Part shown: positions 50,983 to 63,204 of the stretch, piece by piece
Layout of the letters: the number at the start of each line of letters is the position of its first letter
How positions within the stretch are numbered: position 1 is the stretch's first letter
Origin: an uncultured Chloroflexia bacterium
GTDB lineage: Bacteria > Chloroflexota > Limnocylindria > Limnocylindrales > CSP1-4
Assembly (NCBI GenBank): GCA_963707215.1
Contig: CAVPPB010000003.1
Coordinates: forward strand, 1,668,788-1,732,787
Direction of reading: 5' to 3'
Length of the DNA stretch: 64,000 nt
Notes under the pieces: generated by a model
Told to the model about the DNA's origin: nothing
Database searches by the model: none
Seen by the model: only the letters and a program-made list of their open reading frames with translations
Position numbers and translations under genes: made by a program

Positions 50983-52188
50983 ATGGAGCAGTCAGTGAGC
51001 AGCAACGGCAAGAACGGCCACAAGCCGGACCGCAAGATCCGCGTCGCGATCGTCGGCGTCGGCAACTGCGCCTCCAGCCTCGTGCAGGGGCGCTACTACT
51101 ACGAGGACGCCAAGCGGGGGGAGCAGATCCCGGGCCTCATGCACGTCGATCTGGGCGGCTACCACATCAGCGACATCGAGTTCGTGGCCGCCTTCGACAT
51201 CGACAAGAACAAGGTCGGCAAGGACCTCGCCGAGGCGATCTACGTCAAGCCGAACAACACCTACGTCTTCCAGCAGGTCCCGAACCTCGGGGTGACCGTC
51301 GACCGGGGGATGACCCACGACGGGCTGGGCAAGTACCTGAGCCAGATCATCGAGAAGGCCCCTGGGCCCACGGCCGACGTCGTCGGGATCCTCAAGGAGC
51401 GCCGGGTCGATGTGATGGTCTCCTACCTGCCCGTCGGCAGCGAGGAGGCCACCAAGTGGTACGTCGAGCAGGCGCTCAAGGCCGGAGTCGGCTTCATCAA
51501 CGCGATCCCGGTCTTCATCGGCCGTGAGCCGTACTGGCAGCGCCGTTTCGCAGAGGCGGGCCTGCCGATCATCGGCGACGACATCAAGAGCCAGGTCGGG
51601 GCGACCATCACCCACCGGGTGCTGACCCGCCTGTTCATGGACCGGGGCGTGCGCATCGACCGGACCTACCAGCTGAACTTCGGCGGCAACACCGACTTCC
51701 TGAACATGCTCGAGCGCGAGCGCCTCGAGTCCAAGAAGATCTCGAAGACCAACGCGGTCACCTCGATGATCGACTACGAGATCGAAGCCGACGACATCCA
51801 CGTCGGGCCCAGCGACTACGTGCCGTGGCTCAAGGATCGCAAGTGGTGCCACATCCGGATGGAGGGGACCACCTACGGCGACGTGCCGCTCAACATGGAG
51901 CTCAAGCTCGAGGTCTGGGACAGCCCGAACAGCGCCGGCGTCATCACCGACGCGATCCGCTGCCTGAAGCTTGGCCTCGACCGTGGGCTCAAGGGCACCC
52001 TGGTGGCCCCGTCGAGCTACTTCATGAAGAGCCCGCCGATCCAGATCCACGACGACATCGCCCGCGAGCGGGTCGAGGCGTTCATCCGCGGCGAGGATGA
52101 CCAGACCCTTGTCGGCACCGAGGATCTGTCTGCCACCCGGACCAAGAAGGCTGCGCCCAAGCGGAAAGCAGCGGCCGCGGCCAAGTGA
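50983..52188 (+). CDS. ino1: myo-inositol-1-phosphate synthase
   Basis: [41 protein letters not shown]. Confidence 0.96.
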   Translation: MEQSVSSNGKNGHKPDRKIRVAIVGVGNCASSLVQGRYYYEDAKRGEQIPGLMHVDLGGYHISDIEFVAAFDIDKNKVGKDLAEAIYVKPNNTYVFQQVPNLGVTVDRGMTHDGLGKYLSQIIEKAPGPTADVVGILKERRVDVMVSYLPVGSEEATKWYVEQALKAGVGFINAIPVFIGREPYWQRRFAEAGLPIIGDDIKSQVGATITHRVLTRLFMDRGVRIDRTYQLNFGGNTDFLNMLERERLESKKISKTNAVTSMIDYEIEADDIHVGPSDYVPWLKDRKWCHIRMEGTTYGDVPLNMELKLEVWDSPNSAGVITDAIRCLKLGLDRGLKGTLVAPSSYFMKSPPIQIHDDIARERVEAFIRGEDDQTLVGTEDLSATRTKKAAPKRKAAAAAK

Positions 52189-53110
52189 CGGACGGCGCGC
52201 GACGGCTCGAGGCCCCGCACCGCCGCGGGCCCCGGACCTTCAACCGCCTGACGGAGCGGACGGCACTCGCCGCCTACCGGGGCACGGGCGCCGTCCTCGC
52301 TCGCATCCCACCGCGGGCTTCGGCGGCGGTCGCCGGCCGGGTCTTCGCAGGCCGGCTACCTCGCCTGGCCGACCAAGCGACGCTGGTCGAACCTGAACTA
52401 CGGCCGCGTCCTTGGCCTTGAGCCGGAGGATCCTGCGGTCCGCCGGCTCGCCCTCGGCGCCTACCGGACCTACGGGCGCTACATCGTCGAGCTCATGCGC
52501 CTGCCGTCTCGGACGCTCGACGACGTTGCGGAGCTGGTCGACGCCGACACGGTCGAGTCGCTGAAGGCCGAGTGGCAGGCCACGGGCCGCGGCCTCATCA
52601 TCACCATCCCCCACATCGGCAACAACGAGGCCCTGGCTGCCGGCCTGGCCCATCACGGCCTGCCGCTGAGCGGCCTGGCGGACGACACGTCGTTCCCTGA
52701 ACTACTCGAACACCTGACCCGCCAGCGCGAGGCGATGGGGGTGAGGACGATCTACTGGAAGAACATCCGGGAGATCTTCTCGGTCCTCAAGCGCGGCGAG
52801 ATCCTGGCGCTCCTCGTCGACTGGGGCTACCGACCGGACGGCATCCCGGTGCGTCTCTTCGGCCACTGGACGACGCTGCCCGCTGGCCCGGCCACTCTCG
52901 CGGCCAAGACCGGCGCGGCGATCCTGCCGGTCGCGGTCCGGCGGACGGCCGAGGGCCGCTACCGCCTCGAGACCGGCTCCTTCATCCCGGTGCCGTCGAG
53001 CGACCCCGCCGATCTCCAGGCGGCCGACCCAGCAGGTCGCCGATGCGATGGAGCGGGCGATCCGGTCGCTCCCGGCCCAGTGGTACAGCTTCAAGCCGAT
53101 GTGGCCGGAT
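52185..53110 (+). CDS. PatA/LpxL-family acyltransferase, domain 1 (frameshifted)
   Basis: [20 protein letters not shown]...[19 protein letters not shown], split across frames. Confidence 0.75.
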
Positions 53111-53229
53111 TCGGCCCCGAGGAGGCGGCCGCGCTGGAGGCGAGGGCGGCGGCGATGGCGGCGGACGCAACGGGGACGACGGGTTCGAGCGAGGCGACGA
53201 CGCCCCTTCGCTCCGAGCGGGCTGACCGC

Positions 53230-54215
53230 GAAGCACGGGGGACCGCGGCCCAGCGGCTGCGGGCACGGGCGGTCGCGACCGTCGCCTGGGTCGCCTGCCG
53301 GCTGCCGGAGGGCCTGGTCCTGGGGATGGCGGACTCGGCCGGGACGCTCGCGTTCTACGTCGCCCGAGGGCGGAGACGAAGAGCCCGGGCCAACCTCCAT
53401 CGGATCGCGTCCTGGCTCGCCGACCGGGGCCTGGGCTCCGACGAGGCTCGGCTGGCTGCCGCCGACCGGCGGGCCCTCGAGCCGACTGGTCCGATCCGCG
53501 TTCCGTCACCACGCTCGATACGTCGCGGAGCTGACCCGGGCGCCGGTCATGACCGAGCGCTATATCCGCGACCACCTCACCATCGAGACCCCGGAGGCGC
53601 TCGCCGAGGCGCTCGCTTCCGAGCCGGTCGTCATGGTCGGCATGCACCTCGGCGGCGATCGAACTGCCCGGCTTCTACGCATGGGGCGTCGGTCGTCGAC
53701 GCGGCGTCGCGCCGATGGAGACCGTCGCTGATCCCGAGTTGGCGCGCTGGTACTCCGGCATCCGGGGCAAGCTCGGTCTCCGGGTCGTCGGGCTCCGCGA
53801 GGCCCGCCGCGAGCTCGTCGAGTCCCTCCGGAGACGAGAGCTCGTCGGGATCGTGGCCGACCGCGACATCACCGGCGGCGGGGCCCAGGTGGAGCTCTTC
53901 GGCCACCCGGCCCGCCTGCCCGTCGGTCCCGCTCTCCTGCTGCTCGAAGAGCCGGCGCCGGCCTACCTCGTGACCGTGCGACGCATCGGCCGGGCCCGCT
54001 ACGTCGGCCGGGTCGAGGCGCTGCCGGCTCCGCCGGCGGATGGGTCTCGGCGGGAGCGAGCGACCGCCTTCCTCGAGGGAGAGGCACGGGCATTCGAGCG
54101 GGCCGTCGCCCAGGCCCCCGACCAGTGGGTGGCCGTATTCCATCCCATCTGGCCCGATCTCGAGGGCCCCGGCCGACCGGATCGGCGACCGGCGATCCGG
54201 CGGGAGCCGACGTGA
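53230..54215 (+). CDS. PatA/LpxL-family acyltransferase, domain 2 (frameshifted; may be fused to domain 1)
   Basis: MHLGG-IE, GIVADRDI, VELFGHPARLPVGPALL, PDQWVAVFHPIWPD. Confidence 0.75.
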
Positions 54216-55049
54216 TCGAACCGACCGGCACGGCCGACCTCCACATCCACACGCTCGCCTCCGACGGCCTGAGCGGCGTCGGCGAGATCCTGGAGCACGT
54301 CCAGGAACGGACCCGGCTCGACGTCATCGCCATCACCGACCACGAGCGCATCGACGCGGCCCTGGCCGCTCGCTCGATGGCGGCGTCGCGGGGACTTCGC
54401 TTCGAGGTCGTCGTCGGGCGAGGAGGTGACGACCCGCGGGGGCCACCTGCTGGCGCTGTACATCGAGCAGCCTGTGCGGCCCCTTCGGTCGATCCGGGAC
54501 ACGATCCTCGCGATCCACGACCAGGACGGGCTGGCCGTTCCCGCCCACCCGCTGGTCCCCTACCCGCTCTGCGCCCAGGGCTGGGTCCTGCGACGCCTGC
54601 TCGACGACCCAGACCCTCGGGCCCACTTCGACGCCCTGGAGGTCTTCAACCCGACCACGATCGGTCGCCCGGGCCACGCTCGGGCTCTCGCCTTCGCCGG
54701 CGAGCACGCCCTGCCGATGGTGGGCAACAGCGACGCCCACGCGGCGGAGCAGATCGGTACCGGGTGGTCGAGCTACCCTGGCCGCTCGGCCATCGAGCTG
54801 CGGGCCGCCATCATCGACGGCCGCACGGCCTGGCACGGCAGCTTCCACGGTCACGGGTCGATGGTTGCCACCTTCGGGCGCCAGCTCCGCAAGTACGGGC
54901 GCGACGCCCGTGAGGAGGTTCGCGGACGGGTCCGCCGCGACGGCACCGGGCGCCACCTGGGCTACCCTGGTGGGCACCGTCGCCCGCCGCGGTACGATCC
55001 TGACCTCGAAACACCGGACGGTGAGGGGCGGGAAGTGGAGCGACGATGA
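54212..55049 (+). CDS. PHP-domain phosphoesterase (one apparent frameshift near 54420)
   Basis: ADLHIHTLASDG, AITDHE, GEEV.T.GGHLL, AHP, EVFN, GNSDAH; GTGA overlap with the upstream stop. Confidence 0.82.
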
Positions 55050-56260
55050 AGATCGGACTGGTCTCACCGTACGTCTACCCGCTCCCCGGCGGCGTGACCC
55101 AGCACGTCCGGTACCTCTACGAGAACCTGCGGCTCCGGGGCCACGACGTCAGGATCATCACCAGCAGCCACGGCCTGCAGCGCTCGTCCGAGGGCGACGT
55201 CATCCGGATCGGGAAGGGTTTCTCGGTCCCGGCCAACGGGTCGATGGGGACGCTCACGGTCTCCCTCCGCTACGCATCCCTTGTCCGCGAGGTCCTCGAC
55301 CAGGAGCGTTTCGACGTCCTCCACTTCCATGAACCGCTGGTCCCCTTCCTCTCGCCCCTGGTGCTCCGTGAGTCCCGCAGCGTGAACGTGGCGACCTTCC
55401 ATGCCTACGCCGGCTACTCACCGGCCGTACGAGCTCGGCTGCCGCGTCCTGGGCGGCTATATCCAGCGCCTCCACGGGCGGATCGCCGTGAGCGCCGCCG
55501 CCCGTCACTTCATCGACCGCTACTTCGCCGGCGACTACAAGGTCATCCCGAACGGCGTGGACGTCGACCGCTTCGACCGGGCCGTGCCGATCGCCCGCTG
55601 GCAGGACGGCATGCCGAACCTGCTGTTCGTCGGCCGCTTCGAACCGCGCAAGGGTCTGCTGGAACTTCTGAAGGCCTTCCGGGCGGTGCGACGGAACGGC
55701 TACCGGGCCCGACTCCTGATCGTCGGCTCCGGACCCCACGAGCGAGAGGCGAGGCGCTACGTGGCGACCCGACGGCTCGACGAGGTCGAGTTCCTCGGGC
55801 GCGTCCCCGACGACGAGAAGGCCGCGCTGTACCGGACGGCCGACATCTACGTCTCGCCGGCGACCGGGCGCGAGTCGTTCGGCATCGTGCTCCTCGAGGC
55901 GATGGCCGCAGGGCACGGCCGTGGTCTGCTCCGACATCCATGGCTACAAGGGCGTCGTCCGCCGCGGAGAGCAGGCTCTCCTGGTCCCGCCGCGCGATAC
56001 CTCCGCCCTGGCGACCGCGCTGGGGCGCCTCCTCGACGACCCCGATCTCCGGACCCGGATGGGCCGGCCGGCAGCCGCGGGCCAGGGAGTTCAGCTGGGA
56101 GCGGGTCACCGAGAAGGTCGATGACTACTACGGGTTCGTGATCCGACCGGCGGCGGCGGCGGCCGCCCTTCCGACGCATTTCCGGCCCGGTGCCGCCGTC
56201 GCCCGAGCCCGGCAACGCGGGAGCGACCACCCGTCGCCGGCATCCGCGGCGCCGCTGAGC
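55046..56260 (+). CDS. pimA: PimA-like GT4 phosphatidylinositol alpha-mannosyltransferase (frameshifted; 3' end approximate)
   Basis: MKIGLVSPY...PGGVTQHV, VPANGS, DVLHFHEP, VATFH, RIAVS, IPNGVD, GRFEPRKG and ESFGIVLLEAMAAG are colinear with mycobacterial PimA motifs. Confidence 0.78.
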
Positions 56261-59200
56261 CTGGGCCGCTCTCGCGTCCTGCCCGCCAGACCGGGTCGGG
56301 CCAGCCGCGAAGCTCGGACGGTCCGGGACGTCCGGGTCTCACCGATCGCCGATCGCTCGGCCTCGCTGATCCGCCACGCCAGCAGCCGATCAGGCGACGC
56401 ACGACGACGGTGAAGAGCAGGGCAGCGCCCAGGAAGGTGCCGGCATCAGGCGTGAGCCCCGACGACGTGACCGCCGGGTCCGTGTTGACAGGGAACTGGA
56501 ACGGGTACAGATAGGTCGGCAGGATCCCCTGGTAGGCGTTGACGACGGTCGATGGGAGCGGCAGGGCCGCGATGTTCGGGTAGAGCACGACGGTCCAGGC
56601 GACAGCGGCCAGGATGGCCCCGGCGACGAAGCGGCGCGGCTCGCGAGCCCCGAAGACCACCCAGGCGACCAGGCCCAGCGGGATCGCCAGCGGAGGGCGA
56701 CGGCCTCTGCCTGCAGCCCCGGGAGGGATGCCGAGGACGCACGTCGGGCAGGACGAGCTGGACCAGGAACAGCCCGATGATCGCGCACCGCGGCAGCGAC
56801 CCCGATCCGGTGAGGCGTCGGCGGGGATCGACCCGGCCCGCGGGACCGGGTCGATCGAGGTGGATCGAGCTGCCAGACGACGAAGACGGTCGCCACCATC
56901 ACCACGACGGCGATACCGGCCACCTCCGCGTGACGACCAGCTGCCCCGGGTTGCCGACACAGGCCGGCGAGGCCTCTAGGGTTCCCCGCTCGACGCCCAC
57001 GAACCAGCAGAGTGGCGCCTTGAAGACCCAGAGGAGACGCGGTCCCAGCACGGCCACCGCGGCGAGACGCGGGCCAGCAGCCAGGTCCGGCTCGATGCGC
57101 CATGCCACAGCTCGCCACGAAGATAGGCCAGCGCCACGAGGATGAACGGCAGGGCCGTGTACCAGTGGTACTGGAAGGTCGCCCGGTCGATCCGAGCCCA
57201 CGGCAGCCAGAGGCGACGCGAAGACGATCGCCACGAGGGCGAGGGGGAGGCTCCGCCGTCGGAAGGCCTGCCAGATGACGAAGCGCCATCGCCGGGATGC
57301 GCCAGCCACCAGGTCACCAGGCTGCCGTGGTCGTAGATCGCGCCGACGTGTCGCCAGCGAAGGACCCCTGGTAGAACCAGACCGGCTTCAGGTCCAGCGG
57401 CCAGGCCCACCACGGCGACGACGCGGATGGGTCGCCCGCAGGTTGTCGTGGTACTCGTACATCGAGATGGTCAGGTCGGCCAAAGCGTCGGCCGGACTGG
57501 CCCGGCGGGCCAGCCCGGCCACAGGTGATTGCCCGCAAGCTGGGCCCACGGCAGGTAGGCGCGACGTAGACGGCGAGCGGGATCACGAGGAGCGAGACCG
57601 CGATCCAGGCGACCGGCAGGCCGAGTCCGGGCCGAGCCGGAGCCACGGCCGGCGGCGGGGGCGAGGCCGGCGGCAGCATGCCGCGGGGTCGTCGGCGGCC
57701 GGCGGCGGCGCCAGGGACCGATCCGACTCGTCCCGCCAGCCAGAAGCCGAGCCGTAGACGAGGCCGCCGAGCGCTATCAGCGCGAAGGCCAGGGCCGGGC
57801 CGGCGACAGCTCCAGGGGTGCGGCGCTGTCTCCGGCACCGGCCAGGCCCAGCGGGACGGCGACAAGGAAGACGAGCGCCGGCTACCACGGGCGCACCGAT
57901 CGCGAAGCGGACCTCCTCGCTGGTCCAGGCCACGGGGCGGAGCGTGGCGACCGCGACCGCCAACAGGGTGAGTCCCATCATCAGGAGGAGGAAGGTCAGG
58001 TTGCCGCCCTGGGTCGCGTTCTCGGGGACGACGATGGCCTGGTAGCCGAAGACGACCGTCACGGCGAGGAGGCCACCGATGAGCAGGATCCGCCCAAGGG
58101 CCGAGCGGGCGAGCACGAGGAGGGCGATCGCCCCGATCGCGTAGGCTCCGACCCACTTCGACGCCAGGGCCAGCCCCAGCAGGACCCCGACGGCGGGCAT
58201 CGCCAGCCAGAAGGCCCATGGCGCCCTCCAGCGGCCGGTCCAGACGGCCGCGAAGACCAGGACGGCCGCGATGATGAACAGGCCCACGTAGGCGTCGTTC
58301 ATGCCGATCCGCGACTGAGCGAACAACATCGGGTCGACCGCGACCACAACGGCCGCCAGGACGGCGACCGAGCGACGCTGGAAGAGGAGCCGGACCAGCA
58401 GGTACAGCAGGGCGCCGGCCAGGATCCCCGCGAGGACCCCCGGCAGCCGCCATGCGAAGGCGTTGCGCCCGGCCTCCACGGTCGCGGCGGCACCGTCAGG
58501 CCCCAGGGCGACGAGCTGCTGGCGGTCCGCGCTCGGGAATGCCGGGGCCTGGTCGAGGACGAGCGCGGCCGGCTGGAAGGGGAGGGCTGCGTCGGCGTAG
58601 ACAGCATTGCCATTCGGTTCGATGACGTAGACGGTGGGTCCGCCGGCACCCGGCCCCTCGCCCAGGGCATGGACCATGCGGGTGGCCTCGTCGAAGAGGA
58701 CGGTGCTCACGGCCCCGGGCATCGGGAACGTGCGGTCGAGCCGCGCCTCCTCGTCGTCCTTGCCGGGCAGGACGATGGCCATCCGCTCGCCCGCCGAGAC
58801 GTACAGCCGCGGCTCATCGAAGCCCTGGACGGAGACGATCCCGCCGGCCGCCGCGTCGAGCGTCACCGTCGACTCGATGGCCCCGTCGGCGGCGGAGACG
58901 AAGGTGACGCCGTAGCGATCGGCGACCGCGATCCGCGCCCGCGACTCGATCCCGAACCCCGACAGGCGGCCGTCGGCGATCGCGGTCTCGACGTCGGGCC
59001 GGACCTCGGGCGCGAGCCCGTTCGGGATGACGGCGGGTCCGGTCCCGCCGGCGAGGATCCCCTCGTAGGCCTCGACGGAACCCCCGAGGACTCGCCGCCA
59101 GCTCGGCAGCTGCCGCGGCACGGGTCGCCGATGTCGTCGAGCCTGGCCACGAGCGCGTCGGCCGTGCCTCCGTCGGCGAGACCGGTCGCATCGGCCACCG

Positions 59201-61698
59201 GGAGCCGCGAGAGCTCGGCGCCGGACTCCGCGTCGACGACGACCAGCTCGTCGTCGGCCGTGAGCGCGGCCACCACCGTCCCATCGCCCGATGGGTGGAG
59301 GTGCTCGATCGGCGAGCCGACCACGGCCAGCGCCGCCAGCTCGACCGGAGCTGCAGAGCCGACCCGCAGCGGATCGAAGGCCCGGGTCGTGTCGACGACG
59401 TCGATCCGGCCCCCGGACGCTCCGACGTACAGGAGGTGCCGCGTATCGTCGACCGCGACGGCGGTCGCCCCGTCGGCCGAGGCCAGGTCCGCGATCGACG
59501 TCCGACTGGCGAGGTCGTACACGCGGAGGTCGTCGCCCGTCGCGACGTAGAGGCGGTCGCCGGCCCGCGAGCCCGGCATCGCCGGGTCGAGCCAGCGGCG
59601 CTCGACCGCGGCCCCGCGGACGGGGGTCCCGAGCTCGCTGGTGGCACTGACCCGTGTCGTCGCCGAAGAGGACGATGCCGGCTGCCATCGCGTACTTCGC
59701 CAGGTGGGGATGGGTGTACTCGTAGATGTCGTGGGGCTCGCCATAGCGCCAGTGCTGCAGGAACTCCGTCGCGGTCCGGGCGTGATAGACCTCGTCGAAG
59801 TGCATCTGGTACGGCTCGGCCAGGCGATCGACCCGGAAGACGAGCGTGGCGACGACGAGCACGGCCAGGACCCAGACATCGAGCCGGTCGAGGCGGCCGC
59901 CCGACTCGTCGTGAAGGGCCCGGGATCGGTCGGGCAGCGTCGGACGGGCGTCGACCACTCGTCGGAGCCGCGCCGTGAGACCCGCCCAGGCGGACGTCGG
60001 CGGGTCCGACGAGCGGGCCGCGCGATCCGGTGTCGGGCGTGGGCCGCTCGGGCCACCCTGCGAGGGGGCGAGCATAGCAGCGAGCGCCGCCGTCGCCGCG
60101 CCGGCCGAGGCGTGGGCGCCCGGGCCCTCGGTCCCCGCGGGCTGATGGTCCTCGGGCACCGGCGGCTCCGGAAGCGGCAGGGCAGGGCCGGCCCCGGCGA
60201 CCTCCCGGGCCAGGGCGGCCCGGCCTGCCGGCCGGAGCTGGGCCAGCGCCCAGGTGAAGACCACCAGGTGGACCACGGCGATGATGGTGACGCCCTCCGC
60301 AGAGCGGATCGTCGGTCCGATGCCGAGCCAGTCGCTGATGCTCGGGTTGCCCGGGTAGAGGGTCGTCAGGACGACGTACAGGTTGAGGAAGCTGACCGTA
60401 CCGATGACGAGATAGGCGATGCGCCATCGGAGCGAGAGCGCCGCCAGGATCGCCCCGATCGACATGAGCGGGAACAGGTAGCGTTCGTGGACCCGGGTCG
60501 GGACCACGAAGAAGGCGATGGCGATGACGGCGAGGCCGACGAGGATGGTCCGCCGGTCGGGATGTCGAGCGACGATCCAGCCGACGATACAGGATCAACG
60601 CCGAGGATCAGGGCGCTGCCGACGACAAGGCCCACACCGGGCCGATGAGGATCGGCTCAGGGCAGCGTGCGAGGTCGATGCGGGCGTCGCAGAGCCAGAT
60701 GCCTCGCGGAAGCGACGCTCCGGCGGCCTCGTCGGGCACCAGGGCCCATGGGTTGTAGGCATTGACGGTCAGGTAGGGGTAGCCGCCGGCGGCTCGAGGA
60801 CCTGCTCGAGCCAGGCCGAAGATGGTCAGCCCGAACGGCGCCGACAGGACGACCGCGGTGACGAGGCCCGACGACGGTCGTGGTGACGATCCGGATCGGG
60901 CCACGCTCGCGCCGCGACCAGCCACGGACGCGCTCCAGCGGCCCCCGCGTCGGGGTGCTGGCTCGGCTGGTCGATAGGCCCACCGCGGCGGGTCGCCCGT
61001 CGGCTGCGGGGACCGGATCGAGCCCAGCTCATCGGGGGTCGCCCGAGGAGCGCCCGCCGGATGACGACTGCCGCGACGATCGGGATGATGATCCCCAGCT
61101 GCGGCTTGATGAGCACCGCGATGGCGCCCCAGACGGCGGCCCGCTCCGGCCGGTCGCGCCAGATCGCCCGGAGCGACAGCAGCACGAAGACGAGGCCGAC
61201 GGAGTCGACCTGACCCCAGACGACGCTGTCGAACCAGGTGATGGGCACGAAGAGGACGAAGGCCGCCCCGATGAGCGCCCGCCGCTGGTTGCCGCCGAGC
61301 TCGAGGACCATCGACCAGATGAGCCATGCCACGGCCAGGTCGGCCAGGATGGCCGGAAGCTTGATCAGGTCGCCCAGCCCGCCGAGCACCTGGCCGAGGA
61401 AGCCGAGCACCCAGAGCGCGTACAGGTACCCGGGCGTGTAGTCGTGGAAGAACGGGCGGTCGTAGAAGCCCCACGGGCCCTCCTGGGCGAGATTCGCCGG
61501 CCCAGAAGCGGAAGGCGTTCGAGGTCGACCTCGAAGCCAGACCCGGGGAGGAGGTATGCGATGATGACGCGGAGGGCGAGCCCGGCGACGAGCAGTGCCG
61601 CGAGCGCGCCCGTCATCCGGAGCGCCGGCGGCGACGCGCTCGCCGCTCGTCCGGGCAGACCCCTGGAAGGGCCGGACACCAGAGACGGCCTCCGTCAT
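56260..61698 (-). CDS. Very large multidomain GT-C protein: ALG6-like domain + PMT (GT39) domain with inserted beta-propeller-like region (many frameshifts; ends approximate)
   Basis: N-terminal part: DYTPGYLY, VWGQVDS, KPQ, VHERY. C-terminal part: FDEVYHARTA, EYTHPHLAK, WRLPG, QSRIGMND, SKWVG, SSPWWAWP, FQYHWY. Confidence 0.7.
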
Positions 61699-63200
61699 GA
61701 GCGCTGAGGTGGAGCGGAGTCTAGCACGCGGCCGGTCCACGGCCGACGCACCGTCCCGGCAGTCCCGCGCGACCCTGGCGACCGGGGTGGCGGTCGTTCT
61801 CGCCATGCTCGTCGTCTACAACGTCGGGGCGCTCCAGCGCGAGAACTTCTACAACCACTTCGTCTGGCAGGCGGCGGCCTGGCTCGAGGGCGAGGCCGGC
61901 GATCCGCTACCCGGTCACCGAGGCCGACGGTCTGGGTGCGGTCAACGACTACTTCCAGGACGTCCTCCCGCTCGACGACGAGGTCCGGCCGACCGATCGG
62001 CCGAGCCCTCATCCCCTTCCCGCCGCTGCCGGCGCTCGTCCTGCTGCCGTTCGTCGCTGTCTTCGGCCTGACGACCGATGCGGCTCTCATCGCGACCGTC
62101 CTGGGCGCCCTGGTCGTCGGCCTGGCCTTCCAGGTCTCGGTCGCCTGCCCGTATCGCCGCGAGTCCGGCTGCTGACCACCGTCCTGTTCGGCGCTCGGCT
62201 CGGTCTTCTGGTACGCCTCACAGCTGGGCTCCACCTGGTACGTCGCGCACGTCGTGGCCGTCGGGCTCATGCTGCTGGCGGTCCTCGGCGCTCGACGGCG
62301 ACCCACGGGCGGTCGCCGCCAGCGCCCACGACGACTGGGAGGATCCGCGGGACCGGGTCCGCGGCAGCGCCGCCATCGCCGAGGGTCCGGAGCCCGTCGC
62401 GCCCGACGAGCCGGTCGTGGCGCCGCTCGCCTGGTCGAGCCTCTGGCCCCTGTCGGGCTCGCCAGTTCCTCGCCGGCCTCCTGCTCGGCCTGGCCGCCAC
62501 CGCCCGCTTGCCGGTCGTCCTTGGCCTGCCGTTCTTCGTCCTTGTCGGTGGCGGCGACAACTGGGTCCGGCGTGGCGCCTCGGCCGCGCTCGGGGCCGCC
62601 ATCCCGGTGGTCGGACTCGTGCTCTATAACCTCATCACCACGGGCCACCTGTTCCACCCGGCCTACGAGTACCTCTACCAGGTCGAGACTGGCTTCTACC
62701 CGCTGCTCTTCCCCTACCTGGAGTACCACCCCGAGTGGTCGATCGAGGATCCGCGCTACATCCCCCAGAACCTCCGCCTGATGCTGGTCGGCCTGCCGGA
62801 GATCCTGCCCGCCTGCGACGGACCGGGGACCGCGCGGGCTCTCTTCGATGCGGCCTGCCCCTTCGTCCGTCCGCGAGCCGACGGGATGAGCCTGCTCCTG
62901 ACGACGCCGGCGCTCCTCCTGGCGATCCCCGCCGTCCGCGGCTGGGGGCGCGGCCGCCTGGTCACCGGAGCCATCCTGGCCATCGTCCTGATCGCCCTGC
63001 TCAACCTGATGCACTTCTCGCAGGGCTGGGTCCAGTTCGGGTACCGCTTCAGCAACGACTTCGTCCCCTTTGCGCTGATCCTGGTAGCGCTGGGCATGGA
63101 GCGCCTGGGCGGGGCGCGCCGGTGGGTGGTCCTGCTGCTGGTCGTTTCGATCCTGGTCAACCTCTGGGGCGTGGCCTGGAGCCGGGTGCTCGGCTGGTGA
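61697..63200 (+). CDS. Putative GT-C membrane glycosyltransferase (frameshifted; start uncertain)
   Basis: NHFVWQAAAWLEG, PFPPLPALVLLPF, GSTWYVAH, YNLITTG, QFGYRFSND; multi-TM. Confidence 0.6.
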
Positions 63201-63204
63201 CCCT

